A stretch of 64,000 bases of DNA, taken from an uncultured Candidatus Binatia bacterium. Its GTDB lineage: Bacteria; Desulfobacterota; Binatia; UBA9968; JAJDTQ01. This document shows, in pieces, positions 57,985 through 64,000 of the stretch; within the stretch, counting starts at the first letter, position 1; the number at the start of each line of letters is the position of its first letter. The notes under the pieces are model-generated. The model had not been told where the DNA came from, searched no databases, and saw only the letters and a program-made list of their open reading frames with translations. Made by a program: the position numbers and the translations under genes. Where the stretch lies: assembly GCA_965213675.1 (NCBI GenBank), contig OZ243916.1, positions 128,001 to 192,000 of the forward strand, written 5' to 3'.

Positions 57985-58956
57985 ATGCCGGATCCCAAGC
58001 TGACCATGGCCCTGGCCCATTACGACAGGCACGTGCCCCTGTTCGACGGAAGCGTGAACGCCGAGGGCCTGGACCTCGAGGTGCTGGAGATCGGCCAGTC
58101 GCACCCCTTGAGGCACGGCGCGCGGCGCCACGAACGCATGCTTCAGGGCGAGTTCGACATCGCCGAGCTATCGCTGTCGTCGTATCTCATCTCCCAGAGC
58201 CGCAACATGCCCATCAAGGCCATCCCGGTGTTCCCGCGGCGGCTCTTCAGCCTCTCCCAAATGTGGGTGAACGTGGATGCGGGCATCGAGTCGCCCAGCG
58301 ACCTCGTTGGCCGCACCGTCGGGCTCAGTACCTTCCAGACCACCCTGTCCGTGCTCGCCAAGGGCGACCTGCAAAGCGAGTACGATGTGCCCTGGCGCGA
58401 GATCAACTGGGTCATCGACCGGACCGAGGCGCTGCCCATCCAGGCCGAAGGGGTGAGCATCCGCTACCTGGAGAAGGGCGAGCGCATCGGCGCCATGCTG
58501 GAGCGGGGCGAGATCGACGCCCTGATGATGCCCCATCCGCCGGACGAGGTGGTGGACGGCTCCGACAAGATCCGCCGGCTTTTCCGCAACGCCCGCGCCG
58601 AGGAGCTCAAGTACTACCGCAAGAATGGGTATTACCCCATCATGCATGTGGTGGCCTTCAAGAATGAAGTGCTGGCAAAGTACCCCTCTGCCGTGCAGAG
58701 CGTCATGGACGCTTTCGAGAAAGCCAAGACGGCATGCCGCGAGTACTACGCCGACCCCAACTGGTCCAGCCTGGCCTGGGCGCGTCACCTCTACGAAGAG
58801 GAGAGAGGATCCCTGGGCGAGGACTACTGGCCCTACGGCCTCCAGCGCAACCGCGCCAACCTGGAGCGTTTCATGGGCTACTCCCACGACCAGGGGCTCA
58901 TGGACCGGGCTGTGGCCGTGGAGGAGCTGTTCGTGGAGTCGACGCTGGATTCGTGA
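57985..58956 (+). CDS. 4,5-dihydroxyphthalate-decarboxylase-like protein, paralogue 3
   Basis: YDRH, ELSLSSY, PVFPRRLF, YPIMH, WPYG..NR, DQGL. Confidence 0.85.
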   Translation: MPDPKLTMALAHYDRHVPLFDGSVNAEGLDLEVLEIGQSHPLRHGARRHERMLQGEFDIAELSLSSYLISQSRNMPIKAIPVFPRRLFSLSQMWVNVDAGIESPSDLVGRTVGLSTFQTTLSVLAKGDLQSEYDVPWREINWVIDRTEALPIQAEGVSIRYLEKGERIGAMLERGEIDALMMPHPPDEVVDGSDKIRRLFRNARAEELKYYRKNGYYPIMHVVAFKNEVLAKYPSAVQSVMDAFEKAKTACREYYADPNWSSLAWARHLYEEERGSLGEDYWPYGLQRNRANLERFMGYSHDQGLMDRAVAVEELFVESTLDS

Positions 58957-59095
58957 GCGGCGCGACAGCGTGCGGGTAGATGCCGGTGTCGGACAGGGGA
59001 CTCTGCGACCCCTCATTCGTAGTGGCGGAATTCAGGATATTACGGAATCGAAATCCGGATTTGCAGGGTTTCTGCCAGCTGTGTAAGCTCATGGC

Positions 59096-59179
59096 ATGGT
59101 CCAACGAGAGGCGGAGCCGCTGGTTCGGACACTGGCGCGAGAGTTCAAGGTCGTAGCGGTCTTCGGGCCGCGCCAATCG
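59096..59179 (+). pseudogene. 5' remnant of an AAA_14/DUF4143-type ATPase
   Basis: MVQREAEPLVRTLAREFKVVAVFGPRQS, broken inside Walker A (GPRQS-GKT). Confidence 0.7.
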
Positions 59180-59288
59180 TTATCAATTCCCGCATCAAAC
59201 CGGGCCGGGGTCCCGCATCAAACTGGCCCGGAACTTCCGTACCGGAAAATTGCACACACCAACACGTAGACAATTAAAGAGGTTTGTC

Positions 59289-59936
59289 ATGGACAGTCAC
59301 GAATTCACAAGGAAGGTGCAGCAGCGCGTCAAGGAGTTCTGCCAGGGCCTCGACGACAACCTGCCCGCATACAGCTACATCCCACTTGCCACCGACGAGA
59401 TGCGCGTGAAGGTGATGCAGAGCCGGCTTTTCAACGAGGTGCGCGCCGCCGAGGTGTTCGGCACGTGGCTCAAGACCACGCCCGAGTTGGAGGTGAAGGC
59501 CATTCTGGCGGAAGCGATCCACGAGGAGTTCGTCCACGCGGAATACCTGTGTGAAGCCCTGAAGAGCAAGGGCGCGGTTCCCTACGACTACAAGCCGGTT
59601 CCCGCGCAAATGGCCATGTTCAACGGCTTCGAGGCGTTGAACACCACGTGTGAGCGCATCGCCGCGTTCCCCTTCGCCGGTGAGGGCGTGGCCGACTACC
59701 TCATCGGCAAGAGCCTCACGGCGGGCACCGTTCCCGAATGGGTCACCGGCCCGTACCAGAAGATTCACGACGACGAGGAGGAGCACGGCAACTACCCCTT
59801 CGATCTCCTCGTCAGATACGCCACCACCCCGGAAATCCAGGACCGTGTGTCCCGCGCCGTGGAGATGAGCCTGATGCTCCGGCGCCAGTACTTCGACAAC
59901 CTCGACCGCTGGGTGTACCAGGATAGCTGGTCCTAG
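59289..59936 (+). CDS. Ferritin-like diiron-carboxylate protein
   Basis: NE...EEFVH...GE...DEEEH ligand pattern. Confidence 0.85.
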   Translation: MDSHEFTRKVQQRVKEFCQGLDDNLPAYSYIPLATDEMRVKVMQSRLFNEVRAAEVFGTWLKTTPELEVKAILAEAIHEEFVHAEYLCEALKSKGAVPYDYKPVPAQMAMFNGFEALNTTCERIAAFPFAGEGVADYLIGKSLTAGTVPEWVTGPYQKIHDDEEEHGNYPFDLLVRYATTPEIQDRVSRAVEMSLMLRRQYFDNLDRWVYQDSWS

Positions 59937-60025
59937 TTACCGCGGACCCATTGGCTCGATACCCCGCCGCCCGTTCAACCACAGAGAAGGGCAACTTCGC
60001 TTGGCTGGCCGGTTCCGGGCCGTGG

Positions 60026-60958
60026 TCACGGCAGCAGCAGCCCGGACCGCAGCAGCGCCCGGCGGATGCGCTCGCGCTCGTCGTCGCCGATGCGCCGGAG
60101 GGGCGGGCGCACCACCGCCTTGTCGATGCGTCCGAGCATGGCCAGCGCTTCCTTCATGCGGTTGTGCATGTCCACGAAGGGCGGCGCGTAGAATACCTCC
60201 ACCAGGGGTGCGAGGCGGTCGTTGATGCGGCGGCCGGCATCCAGGTCCCCGGCCTGCACCGCGCGGAAGAGCTCCGCGTGCAGGTCGGCGGTGACGCTGC
60301 CCATTCCCGAGATGGAACCGTCCGCGCCCAGGACGTAGCTCCCGAACAGTGACATGGTGTAGCTGCTCAGCATGGCCACGGGCCGGCCGGTGCCGCGCAG
60401 GGCGCGCAGGTTGGCCTCCAGCGCCGCCATGTCGTTGCTCCAGTCCTTGACTCCCACCACGTGGTCGATCTCCGCCAGCCGCGCCAGCGTATCGGGAGCG
60501 TAGCCGATGCCGATGGCCGGCGGATACTCGAAGACGATCAGCGGCAGGTCGGTGGCCTCCGCGATGGTCTCGAAATGGACCACGGCCATCTCGGGCCGGA
60601 GCCGGGCGCCCCACATGAACAGCGTCGGCGGGAACACCAGGAGACCGGCCGCGCCCTCGGCCTTGGCGTCCCTGGCGAGCTCGGCGGCCTCCAGGGTGTT
60701 GTCCGTGTAGATGCCGGAGATGAGTTCCACGCGGTCGCCCACCGCGTCGGCGGCGAGGGCCAGCGCCCGGCGCCGCTCCTCCCGGTCCAGCGAGGACACC
60801 TCGCCCGCGTGCCCGTTGCACACGATGGCGTCGACGCCGTCCACGTTGGCCAGCCAGGACAGGTGCTTCCGGTAGTTGACCTCGTCGAAGGAGAGGTCCG
60901 CGTGGAAGGGGAGCAGGTTGGCCGGGATGGCGCCTTGGAATCGGAGTGCGCTGGTCAT
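60026..60958 (-). CDS. Dihydrodipicolinate synthase (DapA-like) family aldolase/lyase
   Basis: NGHAGE, PP, GVKDWS Schiff-base lysine, VRPPL. Confidence 0.9.
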   Translation of the reverse strand: MTSALRFQGAIPANLLPFHADLSFDEVNYRKHLSWLANVDGVDAIVCNGHAGEVSSLDREERRRALALAADAVGDRVELISGIYTDNTLEAAELARDAKAEGAAGLLVFPPTLFMWGARLRPEMAVVHFETIAEATDLPLIVFEYPPAIGIGYAPDTLARLAEIDHVVGVKDWSNDMAALEANLRALRGTGRPVAMLSSYTMSLFGSYVLGADGSISGMGSVTADLHAELFRAVQAGDLDAGRRINDRLAPLVEVFYAPPFVDMHNRMKEALAMLGRIDKAVVRPPLRRIGDDERERIRRALLRSGLLLP

Positions 60959-61157
60959 GACGTTCCTCCTGTCGGTTCACAACCATGATAGTGAGCCCCA
61001 CGCCCGTGAACAAGGGGATGGTTCGTGGCCTTCGCGCGATCAGCAGGTGCGCGTGCGGCCTGCGCTCGCCAGGACGTACACGGTGGTGGATGGCTGGACC
61101 TTCATGGCCACCCGCCTGTGAGCGGTTTCCGCCCGTTATGGAGATCGGGTCGAAACA

Positions 61158-62750
61158 TCAGTGAGTGTCGAAGATCTCCTGGTAGCGCGCGATGGCCGCC
61201 ACCGTCGACTCGCGTTCCCGCGCGGAGGGGTTGCGTGGGTCGCGCGCTTTGGGCAGAGGCCCCAGGCGCAACAGCGCGGCGCGCAGCAGCACCCGGGCCT
61301 TGGTGGCGTCGAGGTTGCTTCCCTCGATGGTCAGGTCGTTGGGGTTGGAGGGCAGGGCGCCCTCGGGGTCGCCCCGGCTCACCCGCGCCACCGGCATGCC
61401 GTGGTACGCGGCGATGGCCAGGGCCGCGCTCTGGCTGTGGAGCGCGGAGCCTGTGCCGGCGGCGCCCTCCAGCACGAAGCCGTGGAAGCGCGGAGAGCCC
61501 GGCTCCGCGGACCTTTGCTGCGCGAGCCCGCGCTGGATGCGCGCCATGATGTCCACTTCCACGTCGGGATCGGCGGTGTCCTCCTCCGCCATGTAGTGGC
61601 CGTACTTCACCACATGCACCGGCGCGATGACGTCGCCGCGGAGCAAGCCGTCGCCGTCCTTGATGCGGATGACCGCGGTGGCGGCGCTGTCGCCGAATTC
61701 CTGAAACCGGACCTCCGCTGGCAGGTCCTTCACCGCGAGGGCGGATTCCCCCGTGGTGCGGTACGCGGGCCGGAACCACACGCGCACCTCGTGGCCCGCG
61801 CTGCCGAGCACGCCGCCGTGTCCGCCGGTGGCGCGGTAGCCCCCCGGCCGCGCGTCGCCCTTCTTGAAGTTGCGCGCCGCGAAGATGTGTTCGTCCACGA
61901 TGCCCACCGCGCCGAGTCCGCTCCCCAGCCCCGACGCGATATAGCGCGTGGCGTCCACGATGTTGCGGTCGCCGTCGTTGGCCAGGGCGCCGTGGGGACG
62001 CTGTGACGCAATGCCCACGAAGGGCAGGGGGGTGTCCAGCACGAGGCTCAGCCAGTACAGGGTCTCCTCCACGTGGGGGCTCCCTTCCAGCCAGATGAAA
62101 CCGTCGTAGCGCCCGGAGTCGATGGTGCGTTGCACCAGGTTCACCGCCCGGGCCATGGCCGCCTGGGGCGGAAACTTCCCCAGGGGTCGCGGGCTGTACG
62201 GAAAGAAGTCGCGTCCGGCCGCCTCCCCCTGCTTCAGGTAGCCGGCGGGAGGCAGCACGCGCACGAAGTCGAACTCCGCCAGCCGGTCCAGCGCGCTCGC
62301 CGCGCCGTCGTGTCCGCGCCCGCCCAAGCCGCGGTCAATGTCCTCGAAGAGCCGGGACGCATCGGGAAAGAACGTTTGCCGCCCGCCGTAGCCCAGGGCC
62401 GCGTCGCGCAGGTCGCTCTCCTCGAAGGGCGCGCCCGCCTCCGAGCCGTCGGCCCGGCGCGCCACATAGGGCAGGGGATAGGCGCCGTCCTCCGGGCGCA
62501 GTTCCACCTCGTAGTACGGCTTGCCGTCGTCGTGGTAGACCCCGGACGCGTCGGACTCCAGCGGGTGCGCGCTGAACTTCTCGATGCGCACTCGCACGGG
62601 CTCGTGCAGCCGCTGGGGCACCAAGTGATCGAAGCGGCCTGCCAAGTGCCGGTCACCCGCCACCCGCCCCTTGTTGCTCGTCACCAGCGCGGGCGTATTG
62701 GCAATGGTGGCGCGCGCTCCCGAGAACACCGCGATGCGTGGCTTGGGCAT
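61158..62750 (-). CDS. Asparaginase-domain protein (atypical)
   Basis: FSGARATI, EGSPHVEETLYWL, SQRPHG, DGDRNI, NLDATKARVLL, QEIFDTH. Confidence 0.8.
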   Translation of the reverse strand: MPKPRIAVFSGARATIANTPALVTSNKGRVAGDRHLAGRFDHLVPQRLHEPVRVRIEKFSAHPLESDASGVYHDDGKPYYEVELRPEDGAYPLPYVARRADGSEAGAPFEESDLRDAALGYGGRQTFFPDASRLFEDIDRGLGGRGHDGAASALDRLAEFDFVRVLPPAGYLKQGEAAGRDFFPYSPRPLGKFPPQAAMARAVNLVQRTIDSGRYDGFIWLEGSPHVEETLYWLSLVLDTPLPFVGIASQRPHGALANDGDRNIVDATRYIASGLGSGLGAVGIVDEHIFAARNFKKGDARPGGYRATGGHGGVLGSAGHEVRVWFRPAYRTTGESALAVKDLPAEVRFQEFGDSAATAVIRIKDGDGLLRGDVIAPVHVVKYGHYMAEEDTADPDVEVDIMARIQRGLAQQRSAEPGSPRFHGFVLEGAAGTGSALHSQSAALAIAAYHGMPVARVSRGDPEGALPSNPNDLTIEGSNLDATKARVLLRAALLRLGPLPKARDPRNPSARERESTVAAIARYQEIFDTH

Positions 62751-62862
62751 GAACGTTCTTCTCCCGTGTGCCGGCGGCCGGTAGAACCTCGACGATAGTG
62801 CTATGTGGCACGATCTGGCGCCAATGGTTGATCAAACCAGAGCGCCTGCGCCGCCTCCGCTG

Positions 62863-63786
62863 TCAGAAAACGACCCGCCCTTCCGCCCACGCGCGGATCA
62901 GGTGGTGGGCGATGGCGACGGGGTCGGGCACACGCAGGTTGGGGTTCTGGCCGGCCAGGGCGGAGAGGACTTCCGCCCGGGTGAACCAGCGCACGTCGGT
63001 CATTTCCTCGTCGTCCTTGACGATGTCGGTGGTCAGGGCCTTGCCGTGGCAGCCGATCATGAGGGAGGAGGGGAAGGGCCAGGGTTGCGAGGAGTGGTAG
63101 CGCACCTCGCCCACGGTGATGCCGGCCTCCTCCTGGACCTCCCGCCGCACCGCCTCCTCGATGCACTCGGCCTGGTCGATAAACCCCGCCAGGGCGGAAT
63201 AGCGGCCGGAGCGGGCGAGGCGCCCCCGGGACTGGCCCAGCAGGGCGCGCTCGCCGTCGGTCACGACCATGATGGCCACGGGATCGGTGCGCGGAAAGTG
63301 TTCGGCGTTGCAGGCGCCGCACTTGCGCACCTGTCCGCCGCGTCCCTGCTCGGTGGCGCCGCCGCACAGGCCGCAGAAACGGTGCCGGCGGTGCCAGTCC
63401 ACTTGAGCCTTGGCCTGCGCCAGGATGCCCACGTCCTCGTGCTTGAGTTGGGCCGCCGCCGCCCGCGCCTCGACGAAGCTCCAGGGTTCGCGGACATTCA
63501 AGGCGCGGAGCGGCTCTTCGGCCGCGGACACGTCCACCGCGAAGTGACAGGCGCCGTCCAGGATGCCGAGGAAGACCGGCGGGGCGTCAAGGGCCAGCCG
63601 TTCCATGATCGCGGGTTCCACCCAACCGAGTTGGGCCGCCGCGCCGTTGCGCAGCAGGATTTCGAGCCGCCACAGGGGCAGGTAGCGGGACCGGGGGTCG
63701 CGCGCCGCCTGCCTGAGCCAGTCCTCGTCCCGGCGCGGTACGTCGCCCCGGTCCAGGGGATTGCCGGAGAAAACGTGCTGCGTCAT
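62863..63786 (-). CDS. nudC: NAD(+)/NADH diphosphatase NudC
   Basis: FCGLCG/CGAC zinc ribbon, FPRTDP, Nudix box AGF...EEAVRREVQEEAG, SQPWPFPSSLM. Confidence 0.95.
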   Translation of the reverse strand: MTQHVFSGNPLDRGDVPRRDEDWLRQAARDPRSRYLPLWRLEILLRNGAAAQLGWVEPAIMERLALDAPPVFLGILDGACHFAVDVSAAEEPLRALNVREPWSFVEARAAAAQLKHEDVGILAQAKAQVDWHRRHRFCGLCGGATEQGRGGQVRKCGACNAEHFPRTDPVAIMVVTDGERALLGQSRGRLARSGRYSALAGFIDQAECIEEAVRREVQEEAGITVGEVRYHSSQPWPFPSSLMIGCHGKALTTDIVKDDEEMTDVRWFTRAEVLSALAGQNPNLRVPDPVAIAHHLIRAWAEGRVVF

Positions 63787-64000
63787 GATCGTGGATGACT
63801 CCTGTTCGCGTGTTGCCATGGCATGGGGGCCGGCGCGCCGGAACTGTCCGGCCGATGTTCCGGACGACGACTGGCTCCAAGGCCGGCGGCGTCGCAAGTC
63901 CCCTGGGAGACGCCACATTCGGCTCGGAACGGCAACGCGGCCGGCGCCGGGTTCACACGAGCCCCCAGGTCCGCCGCAGCCACCATTCCGCGCCCAGCAG

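Overview
GC-rich bacterial chromosomal window, densely coding. No rRNA, tRNA or CRISPR array was seen. The gene repertoire (TRAP/TAXI and ABC transporters, LLM oxidoreductases, amidohydrolase_2 enzymes, three 4,5-dihydroxyphthalate-decarboxylase-like paralogues, a giant Calx-beta autotransporter-like adhesin) resembles uncultured Deltaproteobacteria-like or Binatia-like, possibly sponge-associated lineages; this is inference only. Main points: (1) a hidden GrdB/PrdB-like selenoprotein with an in-frame UGA in a UxxC motif and a bacterial SECIS-like hairpin, split into two ORFs by the ORF track; (2) an operon of a DUF692/MNIO enzyme, its DUF2063-like partner, a peptidase-less HlyB-type exporter and a catalytically degenerate SDR, with no visible precursor peptide; (3) an Rpn nuclease with an internal SD+ATG for a small intragenic antitoxin, next to a 101-bp IS3-end-like palindrome flanked by two beheaded gene remnants; (4) a ~3000-aa adhesin with 10 x 348-bp tandem repeats bracketed by a ~1-kb direct repeat; (5) a stand-alone soxYZEF-yeeE module whose SoxY ends GGC followed by two UGA codons; (6) two co-occurring MITE families, one with co-varying terminal arms. 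All family assignments come from motif recognition by eye, not from database searches.
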